The translations under genes were made by a program, and so were the position numbers. Positions 1 to 10,185 of a stretch of DNA of 64,000 nucleotides are shown one piece after another. The notes beneath the pieces were generated by a model. It had not been told where the DNA came from. It saw nothing but the letters and a program-made list of their open reading frames with translations, and did no database searches. Within the stretch, counting starts at the first letter, position 1, and the number at the start of each line of letters is the position of its first letter. Source of the DNA: Myxococcota bacterium (lineage in GTDB: Bacteria > Myxococcota_A > UBA9042 > PHBI01 > JAWLBL01); assembly GCA_041687695.1 (NCBI GenBank), contig JAWLBL010000019.1, forward strand, positions 96,001 through 160,000, read 5' to 3'.

Positions 1-1671
1 GCCGTGCGCGCCGAGGTGCGCCTCAAGAGCCGGTTCGGAGCGCTCTGGCAGGACTGGTGGGAGAACGGCGACGTCAACTACCCCGAGCCCAACACCTCGG
101 GCGAGTCGCTGGGGATGAACCACGCCGAGTACATCCGCCTGCGCGGCGCCTTCATCGACGCCAACCTGCCGCTGCCGACCGTGCGCTCCGTGCTGATCGG
201 ATCGAGCGATCTCGGGATGTTCAACCCCTGGACCATCGGGAAGGTCCGCTACATCGACCGCGACAACGCCAAGGGCGCCTTCCTGACGGGCGGCAGCGAC
301 GAGGGCGAGCTGGGCTACACCGTCGCCGCCATCGCGCTGCCGAAGCTGTTCGCCGGCCCGGGCTGGTCGACGGGCGTCGGCGACGCGGCCCTGGACCATC
401 CGTTCTGGAGCTCCGACTGGGCGTACGCCGTCAAGCTGGACTGGCAGCCGCTGGACTTCGGCCAGGTGACCCTGGTCGGCACGGTGACCCGCGACCACGA
501 GATCGACGTCGCCGACCCGGACGCCCAGGGCAGCGTCAACCCGAGCTGCCAGGACGCCCTGGGGTACCCCATCCCCGGATGCGTGCGGGACCACGCCGTC
601 GAGCGGGTCACCCGCTACTCCAACGCGGTCGGCACCCTCCAATACAAGGGCATGCCCCTGGACTTCCTGTCGCTCGACGCGCTGGTCGGCGTCAGCCGCA
701 GCGACGTGAACGAGGCGGTCACCTTCAACGGCGTCGCTGGCAACGCGGGCGTCTTCCCCATCGTCTTCGACGACGTCACCGACTTCGCCACGGTCGTCCG
801 CGCCGATCTCCTCGACCCCTTCGAGGCGGGGCTGTCGCTCAAGGCCGAGGTGTTCTCCATCGGCGAGCACTGGAACAGCATCTTCGGCGCGCGGCGCGAG
901 GCCGACGTCCTGCTGACCGACGGCTTCGTCGACGGCGGGCAGCTGCCGACCCTGAACATCGCCAACGAGTTCATGGACTTCGACGAGCCGTGGTTCGAGA
1001 GCGCCATCGGCTGGTACGGCGCCACCGTCGTGCCCGAGCTCGAGCTCGATCGGCTGCGCCTCGCCGCCGAGGCGACCTACATCGGCTACCACACCAACGG
1101 CCAGGAGCGGGACGTCGAGCACGTCTACCCCGACTTCCTGCACACCGACGGCTTCACGGACACCGACCTGTACGACTTCGCGAACACGACCGACCGGGGA
1201 CGTGACCCGCGCAGCGTCTACAGGCGCAACCAGGACCGCCAGAGCTTCATCGGGGTCGTCCAGGGCCGCTACGACGTCGGCCTGGGTGTGGACCTGGGCG
1301 TCGAGGTCAAGCTCAAGACCGTCATCGACCGCGACGCGCGCAGCCACGCGACGACCTCGGACGACTACGCGGGCGACCGTTACATCGGGCGCTTCGCGCT
1401 GGACGCGCGGGTCACCGACGAGCTCGGCGTCAAGGTCGGCACCCAGCTCGAGCATTGGGACGAGCGCAACCGCCGCGGGACCCTCGAGCTGGGTTACGGC
1501 GACGACACCACCGACAAGGCCAAGGTGTTCGCCGGCCTGGTCTACGCGTGGTCGGGCTTCAACCTGCGCTATCATCTGGAGATGGTCCACAAGGACCAGC
1601 AGCGCGAGCGCGAGCCCGACCAGCTGTGGCGCGTGTTCCGCTCGAAGGCGACCGTGGAGGTGCTGTGGTGA
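1..1671 (+). CDS. Putative outer-membrane beta-barrel protein (5'-truncated by window edge)
   Basis: Long ORF with host-like GC3 codon bias; alternating hydrophobic strands; C-terminal ...KATVEVLW aromatic end typical of beta-barrels. Confidence 0.5.
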   Translation, partial: AVRAEVRLKSRFGALWQDWWENGDVNYPEPNTSGESLGMNHAEYIRLRGAFIDANLPLPTVRSVLIGSSDLGMFNPWTIGKVRYIDRDNAKGAFLTGGSDEGELGYTVAAIALPKLFAGPGWSTGVGDAALDHPFWSSDWAYAVKLDWQPLDFGQVTLVGTVTRDHEIDVADPDAQGSVNPSCQDALGYPIPGCVRDHAVERVTRYSNAVGTLQYKGMPLDFLSLDALVGVSRSDVNEAVTFNGVAGNAGVFPIVFDDVTDFATVVRADLLDPFEAGLSLKAEVFSIGEHWNSIFGARREADVLLTDGFVDGGQLPTLNIANEFMDFDEPWFESAIGWYGATVVPELELDRLRLAAEATYIGYHTNGQERDVEHVYPDFLHTDGFTDTDLYDFANTTDRGRDPRSVYRRNQDRQSFIGVVQGRYDVGLGVDLGVEVKLKTVIDRDARSHATTSDDYAGDRYIGRFALDARVTDELGVKVGTQLEHWDERNRRGTLELGYGDDTTDKAKVFAGLVYAWSGFNLRYHLEMVHKDQQREREPDQLWRVFRSKATVEVLW

Positions 1672-3173
1672 GGGGGCGTGCCGAGCGAGGGACGGGGGCC
1701 CGGGTCGCGGCGGCCCTGGCGGCGGCGGCCGGGCTCTTCGGCTGTGGGCTCGAGAACGAGCTCATCGGCCTCGCGACCGACCGCGGACACGTGGTGACCC
1801 CGGCGCCGCGCCCGACGGTCCTGCACGGTCGCAGCACCGGCGCGGCCGGCGGCGAGGCCACCTTCGTGACCGGGGCGGGGCAGGCCATCGACGGGGCCGT
1901 CGCCGTCATCGCCGAGGACGGTCGGTTCACGCAGACCTTCTCGGGCGCCGAGGGCCATCGGGGCCTGGGCCTCTGGGCGACCAGGGGCGATCGGTCCCTC
2001 ACCGGGCTGCTGCCCGAGCTGCCTCGCCAGCCTTCGGTGTACCACGACGTGCAACACGTCTTCGCCTGGGACGCCCACTCGGCGCTGGGAGACCTCAACG
2101 CCGCGTCGACCGCGCTCACCCTGGTGGTGGTCGAGGCGGCGCGCCGCCAGGGCGTCTCGCTGTCGGGCCTCGAGCCGGGCGTCCTCCGCGAGGGGCTGGA
2201 CGCCGCCGCGGACGAGCTGGCGCGCCTGGGGAGCCCCGTGCAGGTGTTCGCGCAGGTGCTCGATCGGGTGGACGCCGCGTCGGCGGCCAGCGCCGTCGGC
2301 GAGCCGGCCTTGAGGCTGGCCGGCTGGAAGGGGCCGGGCTCGTGGCTCTCGGCTCAGTGGCTGGACGCCGCCGGGGTCGACTACACCGGCGACGGCGTCG
2401 CCGACCTCGACACGCAGCCCTTCGACGCGGCCCTGGCGGCGGCCGCCGCCGAGATCGAGCTGGGCGTCTGCTACCCCGACGACACCATCCGGGTGGTGTT
2501 CCAGGTCGACCTGCGTAGCGGCGTGAAGAACCGAAACTGCTCCGAGGTCGACGCCCACAAGTGGGCGTCGGAGGGGACGCAAAAGGCCGTCTTCTTCACC
2601 GGCGGGGTCCACACCGACGCGCCGATCTGTGGCGCCGGGCGCACGGACCATTGCCTGACCGAGGCGCAGGTCGACGCCATCAACGGCGTCCTGGGCAATT
2701 GGGTGCCGAACCAGGTCGCGATGTTCGACGACGGGACCGGCGGCGACGCCAAGGCCGGCGACGACGTGTGGACCGTCGCGTTCGACCTGCCCTACATCCC
2801 GACCGCCACCTCACCGGACGGCGCCGGCGTGCGCCTCGCCTACAAGTACACCTACGGGCTGCCGGGGCAGGGGTGGACCGACACCGAGGAGTGGCCCGGC
2901 AACCAGCGGCTGCTCGAGCTCGAGGACCTCAACGGCGACCACCTCGTCGTCCGGTACGACCTGTTCGGCGACGAAGCCGCCAACAAGGACAAGGTCAACG
3001 CGCTGAAGCTGTCGAAGGGCGGCTGTGGGACCATCGCCTGGGAGGCCGTGCGCGACCCCGCCTGCGCGGGTGACTCCCGCGAGAACCGGGTGGACACGGA
3101 CGGCGACTGCGAGCCCGACGCCTGGGCCGCGCCGGGCCCGGTCACACCGCTCTCGGTGCCTTGTAACCCGTAA
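1668..3173 (+). CDS. Lipoprotein with DDG-x-GD-x-AGD (choice-of-anchor X-like) motif
   Basis: GTG overlaps upstream TGA; lipobox-like GLFGC; motif FDDGTGGDAKAGDDVWT. Confidence 0.55.
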   Translation: MRGRAERGTGARVAAALAAAAGLFGCGLENELIGLATDRGHVVTPAPRPTVLHGRSTGAAGGEATFVTGAGQAIDGAVAVIAEDGRFTQTFSGAEGHRGLGLWATRGDRSLTGLLPELPRQPSVYHDVQHVFAWDAHSALGDLNAASTALTLVVVEAARRQGVSLSGLEPGVLREGLDAAADELARLGSPVQVFAQVLDRVDAASAASAVGEPALRLAGWKGPGSWLSAQWLDAAGVDYTGDGVADLDTQPFDAALAAAAAEIELGVCYPDDTIRVVFQVDLRSGVKNRNCSEVDAHKWASEGTQKAVFFTGGVHTDAPICGAGRTDHCLTEAQVDAINGVLGNWVPNQVAMFDDGTGGDAKAGDDVWTVAFDLPYIPTATSPDGAGVRLAYKYTYGLPGQGWTDTEEWPGNQRLLELEDLNGDHLVVRYDLFGDEAANKDKVNALKLSKGGCGTIAWEAVRDPACAGDSRENRVDTDGDCEPDAWAAPGPVTPLSVPCNP

Positions 3174-3307
3174 CCGCTCGCCGTCCCGGCGTGTGGCGCG
3201 GCGCGCGCGTGGTCGGCGTTGACCCTGCCGAGAGCCGATCGCTATAGTGCCTCGCCTTCGGCGCTGGCCGGGGTTGGCGAATTGGGTGTCCGGTGAGGAG
3301 AAAGCCG

Positions 3308-6016
3308 ATGAGCTCGAGTTTCGATGTGTTGCGCGCCCTGAGGGGGTTCGGCTGCCTCGCGGCGCTGACGCTCCTGGTCACGGCCTCGGCGTGCTCGGAC
3401 CCGGAGACGGTCGGAGGCGACAAGGACGAGGGCGCCGACGTCGAGACGGACACACCCGACATCAAGGGCGACGACCTCGACATGCCGGACGTCCTCGAGC
3501 CCGACGGCGACGACGACGTCGACGAAACGGACGTGCCCGACGCGACCCCCGACGTGCAGCTCGACGTGCCGGACGAGCCCGACGGCGGACCTATCGAGGA
3601 GCCGCTGGACAAGGGCTACCCCGCGGGCGAGCTGCTCATCAAGATCACCAGCCCGGGCGGCCGCCTGCACGAGGCGGTGGTCGGCGGGACGACCATGGTC
3701 GCCGGACTGCTCTTCGGCGAGGCCGACCAGATGTTCTGGCAGTCGTCCAAGGGCCAGGACGGCGAGATCGACGTCGCGACCTTCTGGCGCAGCGGCCCCA
3801 TCGCGCTCGACCCGGGCGACAACACCATCACCGTCACGGCCGTCAAGGGCGACGTCGTGGTCACCGACACCATCGTCGTGACCTACAACCCCCTGTTCAA
3901 GTTCGACGGCCCGGTCAACGTGCGCCCGAACGTCGTGTGGCTCGATCAGCCCATCGACGGCATCTTCACGGTCGCCATGGGCCTGTACGCCAACTTCGAG
4001 CCGAGCTCGGTGGCCCTCGTCCAGGTCGACGCCGACGGCAACGTCATCAAGGAAGTCGGCCAGATGTACGACAACGGCCAGGTCGGCTCGACGGGTGACG
4101 AGATCCAGGGCGACGGCGTCTACTCGCGCAAGTACAACATGAGCTGCTCGGACACCAAGCCGCTGTGGTTCCGCGCCAAGGTCACGGTCAAGGGGGCCAG
4201 CTCCTACACCGCCTATTCGGCGCCAGTGCCGGTTTGGTGCGCGCAGCACCTGACGGCGACCGAGTGCCAGTCGCACCATGCGGTGGTGATGCAGGCCGAG
4301 GCGCAGATCCTGGCCGGCACCAGCGCCGAGGACGTTGTCGACGCGCTGCTCGGCAACCCGCAGGTCGCCGACGCGGGGCAGTCCGAGGGCGACGGCCACA
4401 CCATCTGGATTCAGTTCACCAACGGCCTGCTCGGCGCGGTGCTCGCGCCGCCGGCGGGCATGCGCGGCGCCGGGGGCTCGGGCTTCGACGCGCCGCCGGG
4501 CTTCGATCCCCAGCCGATGGGCGTGCAGACCGTCGAGATCGGCTCGCGCAACGCCATCGTCCTCGCGCCCTTCCAGCAGGAGTTCGGCGCGACCGACGAC
4601 GGCCCGGCGGTCGCGGCGGCCATCGCGGCCAGCGCCTGCCCGTCCTTCGCGCTCGAGGGCGGCGCCGCCCTGTCGGGAGTGGCGGCCTCGCTCAGCCGCT
4701 TCCGGTCGATCTCGAACTTCGGCATCACCTCGATCAGCACGCACGGCGACGCGCTGTTCGGCGATCTCGACCCCGCGGCCAAGAAGGACGAGTACCACTG
4801 GGACCACATGGGCGCGCAAGAGGTGGTCTGGTCCGGCGAGCCGGTCGTCTGCTCGCAGATGCTGCAGGAGAAGAAGAGCTGCACCGTGACCGGCGCCAAC
4901 CCGACCGGCGGCTGCCCCTCGGGCAGCGTGTGCGTCGTGACCCAGGGCACCGGCGGCGGCTCCAGCTCGGGCACCTGCCTCGACCAGACGCAGGCGGATC
5001 TGCGGCTCGGGCGGCTCGTCCTCACGAACAAGGGCTACGCCATGACGCCCTCGTTCTTCGAGGCGTACGCAGGCGCTGGCTACCCGAACAGCCTGGTGAA
5101 CCTCGGCGCGTGCCGCACCTTCTGGAACGGGTCGCTGGCCACGACGCTCTTCGCCTTCGGCGCCAAGGCCATCACCGGGTTCTCGGACTACGTCGACAGC
5201 AACTGGGCGCGCGCCAAGGTGACCAAGCTCATCGAGGGCTCGGTCGGGCAGGGCATGGTCGGCCACGCCCACGACGGCGGTCGCGACCCGTCCAACCCCG
5301 CCACGGCGTGGCGGATCCTCGGCGCGACGAACCTGGATCTCTCCAGCTCCGACATCATCAACGCCAGCTTCGAGACCGGTGACACGACCGGCTGGCGCCG
5401 CGACGGCGACGGCCGCGTCATCAGCCAGCTCGGCAGCTCGGCCGCGGTGCACGGCAAGTTCATGGGCCTGGTCTCGACGGGCCTCGGCTTCACCGTTCAG
5501 ACCGGCACACTCGAGCAGGATTTCTGCATCCCCGAGTCGCGCACCGAGATCGAGGTCTACTGGAAGTTCTTCTCCGAGGAGTTCAAGGAGTTCTGTGGGT
5601 CGTCCTTCCAGGACACCTTCCAGGTCACCCTGACGGGCGCCGCCGGCAAGCTCACCGTGGTCGACGTCAAGGTGGACGACCTGTGTGGCTACTCGGACGG
5701 GAGCTGCGGCAGCTGCGCCAACCCGGTCGCCTGCGACGAGGTGTGCATGGGGACCGGCGGCTGCAAGGCCGACATCAACACCGGCCTGTGCACGGGCACC
5801 TATCCGTGCAACTGCGGCAAGTACTTCGTGGGCTTGACGCCCAGCGACGTCAGCTTCGACGTGGGCGGCGTCTTCAACGTCCTGTGGCAGAAGACGGTCA
5901 AGAACATCCAGGCGCTCGCCGGCGCCGGCAAGGTGAACCTGCGCATCTACGCGACGGACACCGGCGACTCGATCTACGACACCGCCATCCTGGTGGACGC
6001 CATCAAGTTCAACTGA
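3308..6016 (+). CDS. Large Cys-rich lipoprotein, unknown function
   Basis: RBS GAGGAG upstream; signal ending TASAC; acidic linker; YDNGQVGSTGDEIQGDGVYS motif; Cys clusters. Confidence 0.6.
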   Translation: MSSSFDVLRALRGFGCLAALTLLVTASACSDPETVGGDKDEGADVETDTPDIKGDDLDMPDVLEPDGDDDVDETDVPDATPDVQLDVPDEPDGGPIEEPLDKGYPAGELLIKITSPGGRLHEAVVGGTTMVAGLLFGEADQMFWQSSKGQDGEIDVATFWRSGPIALDPGDNTITVTAVKGDVVVTDTIVVTYNPLFKFDGPVNVRPNVVWLDQPIDGIFTVAMGLYANFEPSSVALVQVDADGNVIKEVGQMYDNGQVGSTGDEIQGDGVYSRKYNMSCSDTKPLWFRAKVTVKGASSYTAYSAPVPVWCAQHLTATECQSHHAVVMQAEAQILAGTSAEDVVDALLGNPQVADAGQSEGDGHTIWIQFTNGLLGAVLAPPAGMRGAGGSGFDAPPGFDPQPMGVQTVEIGSRNAIVLAPFQQEFGATDDGPAVAAAIAASACPSFALEGGAALSGVAASLSRFRSISNFGITSISTHGDALFGDLDPAAKKDEYHWDHMGAQEVVWSGEPVVCSQMLQEKKSCTVTGANPTGGCPSGSVCVVTQGTGGGSSSGTCLDQTQADLRLGRLVLTNKGYAMTPSFFEAYAGAGYPNSLVNLGACRTFWNGSLATTLFAFGAKAITGFSDYVDSNWARAKVTKLIEGSVGQGMVGHAHDGGRDPSNPATAWRILGATNLDLSSSDIINASFETGDTTGWRRDGDGRVISQLGSSAAVHGKFMGLVSTGLGFTVQTGTLEQDFCIPESRTEIEVYWKFFSEEFKEFCGSSFQDTFQVTLTGAAGKLTVVDVKVDDLCGYSDGSCGSCANPVACDEVCMGTGGCKADINTGLCTGTYPCNCGKYFVGLTPSDVSFDVGGVFNVLWQKTVKNIQALAGAGKVNLRIYATDTGDSIYDTAILVDAIKFN

Positions 6017-6186
6017 GGTCCGACCGGGAGCGCGGTGGGGTGATCCGCCGCGCCGCCGCGCCAGATGGCCAACGTGATGCGGCCCGGTCACCCCCAGGGG
6101 AGGCCGGGCCGCTTTCGTTGGTGCGTCGAGGGCGCGTGGCCTGGGCGCGGGCGCGCCCAGGACGGGTGCGAGGCTTGGGCGTCGCC

Positions 6187-6963
6187 TCAGACGGGGTTGT
6201 CGACGTCGATGAACTCGACCGCGAGGTGCGGCCACTCGGCGGCGAGGCGCTCGGCGAGCGCGCGCGGGCCGAAGCGCTCGGTGCGGTGGTGGCCCGCGGC
6301 GAGGAAGTGGATGCCCTCCTCGCGCGCCGTGGCTTGCGAGTACTCGCCGGCCTCGCCCGTGAGGTAGGCGTCGCAGCCGGCGTCGATGGCGCGGCGCACG
6401 TCGCGGGCGGCCCCGCCGGTCACGATGCCAAGCCGCGCGACGCGCTCGGGGCCGTGCGCGAAGTGGTGGAGGGTCGGCGAGACCGCGCGGCGCACCCGGT
6501 TCGCCAGCTCGGACGCCGAGATGGCCGGCGAGAAGGTGCCGATGCAGCCGACGGGGATGCCGCGGTGCTGGAAGTCGGGCGTCGGCTCGCCCAGGCCGAG
6601 CGCGCGGGCCAGGGCCGCCGCGTTGCCCACCTCGGGGTGGGCGTCGAGCGGCAGGTGGTAGGCGGCCAGGCTGACGTCGGCTCGCACCAGGGCGCGGATG
6701 CGCCGCCCGAGGGCGCCGGTGACCGTGACCGGGGCGCCGTCCCAGAACAGGCCGTGGTGCACGACCAGCAGATCGGCGCCCCAGCGGACGGCGGCCTCGA
6801 TGAAGTCGAGGTTGGCGGTGACGCCGGTCGCGACGCGGCGGACCTGAGGCCGACCTTCGACCTGGAGGCCGTTCGGGCCGTAGTCGCGGACGTCGTGGGC
6901 GCTCAGGAGCGCGTCGAGCCAGCCGACCAGCGTCGCCAGCGGGACTTCGTCTACAGTGGCCAT
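6187..6963 (-). CDS. Nif3-like (YbgI) dinuclear metal centre protein
   Basis: Motifs DYGPNGLQVEG, ADLLVVHHG, YHLPLDAHPEVGN, AAGHHRTE; ATG overlaps upstream stop. Confidence 0.9.
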   Translation of the reverse strand: MATVDEVPLATLVGWLDALLSAHDVRDYGPNGLQVEGRPQVRRVATGVTANLDFIEAAVRWGADLLVVHHGLFWDGAPVTVTGALGRRIRALVRADVSLAAYHLPLDAHPEVGNAAALARALGLGEPTPDFQHRGIPVGCIGTFSPAISASELANRVRRAVSPTLHHFAHGPERVARLGIVTGGAARDVRRAIDAGCDAYLTGEAGEYSQATAREEGIHFLAAGHHRTERFGPRALAERLAAEWPHLAVEFIDVDNPV

Positions 6964-9887
6964 CACCAGACCAGGGTGAGGGTGGCGGCCTCGGTCGAGA
7001 CCTCGTGGGCCGAGCCCGAGGTGCCCTGGGGCAGGCTCTGGTTCGAGAGGTAGGCGCCGTCGGCCGTACCGAGGCGGGCGACGAGCGCGACGGTGCGCAG
7101 GGCGCCGGTCGGGGGCCCGAAGAGCACCTGGAGCGGCAGGTAGGCCTCGAGGCCCTGGGCGCTGGAGATCACGGCGCCGTCGAGCAGCCACGGCAGGTCC
7201 TGGGCGGGGGCGAGCCCGCGCCAGCCCGCGCCCTTGGCGGCCGGGTCGTCGACCGCGGGGAGATAGCTGGCCTTCTCGATGGCCGCGAAGGCCACCTCGG
7301 CGCCGAAGCCGTCGATGTCGAAGGTGAGGACGCCACCGAGGGCGTCGTCGACCGCGCCGTCGCTCTCGAGGGCGGCGGTCGAGGTCAAGCCGGTCCCGGA
7401 CCCGTAGTCGGCGTCGACGTAGACGGTGATGGCGTTCTGGCCGAGGTCGCTGTGGGCGAATCCCTGGACGGCGACGTACAGCGTCTGGCCGTCGGTGGCG
7501 GCGTGGAGCGCCTGGAGGTGGTTGTCGTCGGGGCCCCAGGCCGACGCGGTCGTGGCGGTGGCGAGCAGGGAGGAGGCGGGCCACTCGCCGAGATCGCCGT
7601 CCCAGGCGCCCGCGATCTGCAGCGTCCCGGCGGCGCTGAAGGCGTCGCAGGTCACCGTGAGTTCGGCGCTGCCGGGCGGGTGCGCCGGGACCAGGACGGT
7701 GAGCGTGGTCGCGTTCGTCACGTCGACGTCGGTCGGCGAGACGGCGAGGTCGTCGAGGCTGACGGTGCAGCCGGCCTCGAAGCCGGCGCCGGAGACCTGG
7801 ACCGGGACGCCTCCGAGCGGCGAGACCGTGGCGGGCTCGAGCGCGGTGACCGAGACCGGGCCGGCCGGGGCCACCGTGAGCTTGGTCACCTGAGCGGGGT
7901 CGAAGCCGTTGTCGGCGCCGTCGCGATCGACGTACAGCCACGAGGTGCCGCCGTTGACGCTGAAGCGCAAGGTGACGGCCCAGACCCCGGTCGGGGCGAT
8001 GAGGCTGGCCGACCAGACGTCGTCGTTGCCGACATCGTGCGAGTACGTGGCGGAGGACCAGTCCCAGCCGTCATTGGCGGTGGGGTCGGTGCCCCACGGG
8101 CCGTACCCCACCTCGGCGGTGAGGCCGAAGCCGGCGCCCGGTTGGTCGGTGACGCCCCCTTCGTAGACCTGCGCCTCGATGATCGCCGAGGGCTGGCCGG
8201 CCGAGGCCGACAGCTGCGCTCCGCTGAGGAGCTGGCCCCAGTCGGGGAGCTCGGCGACGAAGGAGAAGGCCGACGCGAGCGTGGCCTTCTGGCCGTCCTC
8301 GGTCGTGACGGTCACCGACACGGAGCCGATGGGCGCGGCCGGCGTGGTCGCCTTGACCCAGGTGCCGTCGGCGGCGGCCTCGACGTCCGTGGCCGTGGCC
8401 GTGCCGAACAGGACCGAGTCGACGGTGGCCAGGTTGGCGCCGTTGAGGGTCACCTGGGTGCCGCCGCCCATGGGGCCGCTGCTGGGCGACAGGCCGGTCA
8501 GGGTCGGCGCGGCCGCCGCGTCGACGTACGTGAAGCCCTGGGGGTAGGTCGCGGAGGCCCCGTCCGCGAGCGTGACCTCGACGTCGACCTTGCCGGGCGA
8601 GCCGGGCGGGGTGGTGACGGCGATCTGCGTCGCGTCGAGCGAGACGACGGTGGCCTGCGCGCCGCCGAAGGTGACCGTGGCCCCTTCGGTGAACCCTTCG
8701 CCGTGGAGGGTCACCGCGGTGCCGCCGTTGGCGCCGCCGGTGCTCGGGACGACCAGGTGCAGCTCGGGCGCCTCGCCGGTCGACGTGTCGGGGACGCACG
8801 CGCCGTCCACGCAGTGGGTGTTCGGGGTGGCGCACGGGTTGCCGGGGCCGCACTCGGGGGTGGGCTCGTCGCCCGGGCAGGCGACGACCGCGGTGTTCAT
8901 GCTCTTGCCCTTGCTGTCGAGCGCCAGCGCGACCGGGTGGTCGACCCAGGCTCCGCCGCACAACCCCGCGGCGCTCACGCCGTCCAGGACGGCGTCGCCG
9001 TCGACCTTGTACTCGAGGCCAGCGTCGGGGTCCGTCTCGCCCTTGGTGAAGACGAAGACGAACTGGGCCTCCTGGCCGGGCGCGAGCAGGCCGTCGTGCG
9101 CGCCGAGGAACCGCGAGTGCTGATAGGTGACCACGCCATCGCCGGCGGCGGCGTCGCCGTTGGCGCCGTCGTCCAGGAGCTGGATGGGCGTCCAGGCGTT
9201 CATGGTGCCCTTGACCCACACGCGATAGGTGGCGAGGTCGACGCCCTCGAAGTCCGGGTGCAGGCCCGCCATGTCCAGGTGGACGCGGAAGTCCCGGTCG
9301 CCATGGGGTGTGATGGTCATGCCCGGGACGTCGATGACCTCGGTGGAGCCCTTCGGGATGTCGAACACGCCGTTCGGCCCGACCCAGATCCAGCGCAGGT
9401 CGTCGTTGAGCGCGCCATAGGCGAAGGTGCGGTCCTGGTCCGCCTGGTAGCAGACGGCGACGCCGAAGACGTGGTCGCCGGCCGTGGCGCCTTCGGGCTC
9501 GTGGCCGCCTTCGCTGCGGGGGCCGTCGTCGTGCAGGGTGGGGTAGGGGCCCTCCTCGGGGAGCCAGCTGGTCGCGTACTGGAGGGTGTTGGTGGCTTCG
9601 TCCCAGGCGAAGGAGCCGGTCCAGATGAGCTCGCCGGCCCCGTAGGTCTGGTTGGCGCTGTCGTCGACGCTGAACGTGAGCGTGGCGAAGCCCGCCGGGC
9701 ACAGCCCAGTCGGCGACTTGGTGTCGGTCGCGACCTCGGGGTCGGCGTCGTCGCCAGGCAGGTCGGCCGCGTCCTGCACGTCGGCGACTGCAGCGTCGGC
9801 GGGGGCCTGTTGGGGACCGCTGCCGCAAGCCGTGTTGACGGTCAGGGCGACGGCGAGGGCGAGCGCGGGCGAAAGACGAACGGACAT
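6963..9887 (-). CDS. Lipoprotein with IPT/TIG repeats and DDG-GD motifs
   Basis: Lipobox-like NTAC; IPT/TIG-like units (PSSGPMGGGTQVTLNGANL, PSTGGANGGTAVTLHGEGF); DDGANGDAAAGDGVVT. Confidence 0.7.
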   Translation of the reverse strand: MSVRLSPALALAVALTVNTACGSGPQQAPADAAVADVQDAADLPGDDADPEVATDTKSPTGLCPAGFATLTFSVDDSANQTYGAGELIWTGSFAWDEATNTLQYATSWLPEEGPYPTLHDDGPRSEGGHEPEGATAGDHVFGVAVCYQADQDRTFAYGALNDDLRWIWVGPNGVFDIPKGSTEVIDVPGMTITPHGDRDFRVHLDMAGLHPDFEGVDLATYRVWVKGTMNAWTPIQLLDDGANGDAAAGDGVVTYQHSRFLGAHDGLLAPGQEAQFVFVFTKGETDPDAGLEYKVDGDAVLDGVSAAGLCGGAWVDHPVALALDSKGKSMNTAVVACPGDEPTPECGPGNPCATPNTHCVDGACVPDTSTGEAPELHLVVPSTGGANGGTAVTLHGEGFTEGATVTFGGAQATVVSLDATQIAVTTPPGSPGKVDVEVTLADGASATYPQGFTYVDAAAAPTLTGLSPSSGPMGGGTQVTLNGANLATVDSVLFGTATATDVEAAADGTWVKATTPAAPIGSVSVTVTTEDGQKATLASAFSFVAELPDWGQLLSGAQLSASAGQPSAIIEAQVYEGGVTDQPGAGFGLTAEVGYGPWGTDPTANDGWDWSSATYSHDVGNDDVWSASLIAPTGVWAVTLRFSVNGGTSWLYVDRDGADNGFDPAQVTKLTVAPAGPVSVTALEPATVSPLGGVPVQVSGAGFEAGCTVSLDDLAVSPTDVDVTNATTLTVLVPAHPPGSAELTVTCDAFSAAGTLQIAGAWDGDLGEWPASSLLATATTASAWGPDDNHLQALHAATDGQTLYVAVQGFAHSDLGQNAITVYVDADYGSGTGLTSTAALESDGAVDDALGGVLTFDIDGFGAEVAFAAIEKASYLPAVDDPAAKGAGWRGLAPAQDLPWLLDGAVISSAQGLEAYLPLQVLFGPPTGALRTVALVARLGTADGAYLSNQSLPQGTSGSAHEVSTEAATLTLVW

Positions 9888-10144
9888 GACCTCTCCTCGG
9901 GAGCGCAGCGCAGGCTATCGACCGCCTCGGCGCGGCGTCAAGGCGCCCCAGGACCGGGGATGGGGCCGGGGACGCGCAGCGCCGGCACTGTCTCAGGGGT
10001 GTCCCGTCCGGCGCCGCCGCGGAGCGCCGTAACCCCTCGAAATCGCATTCATTCGCCGGAGAGGGTGTCCCAGCTGTGTCAGAGGGATGGGACAGTGGGA
10101 CACCTGCGCTGATGCAAGTGCGCTGAATCATTGAGGGCGCGTCC

Positions 10145-10160
10145 TGGAACGCCCCTTGCT
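10145..10160 (+). promoter_or_regulatory. Sigma54-type -24/-12 promoter of comM-recA-ssb
   Basis: TGGAAC-N5-TTGCT matches TGGCAC-N5-TTGC spacing, 25 bp upstream of comM ATG; inverted GTGTCCCA/TGGGACAC repeats at ~10064-10103 resemble enhancer sites. Confidence 0.6.
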
Positions 10161-10185
10161 CTCGCCGTCGCCCGGGAGGTGCGAC

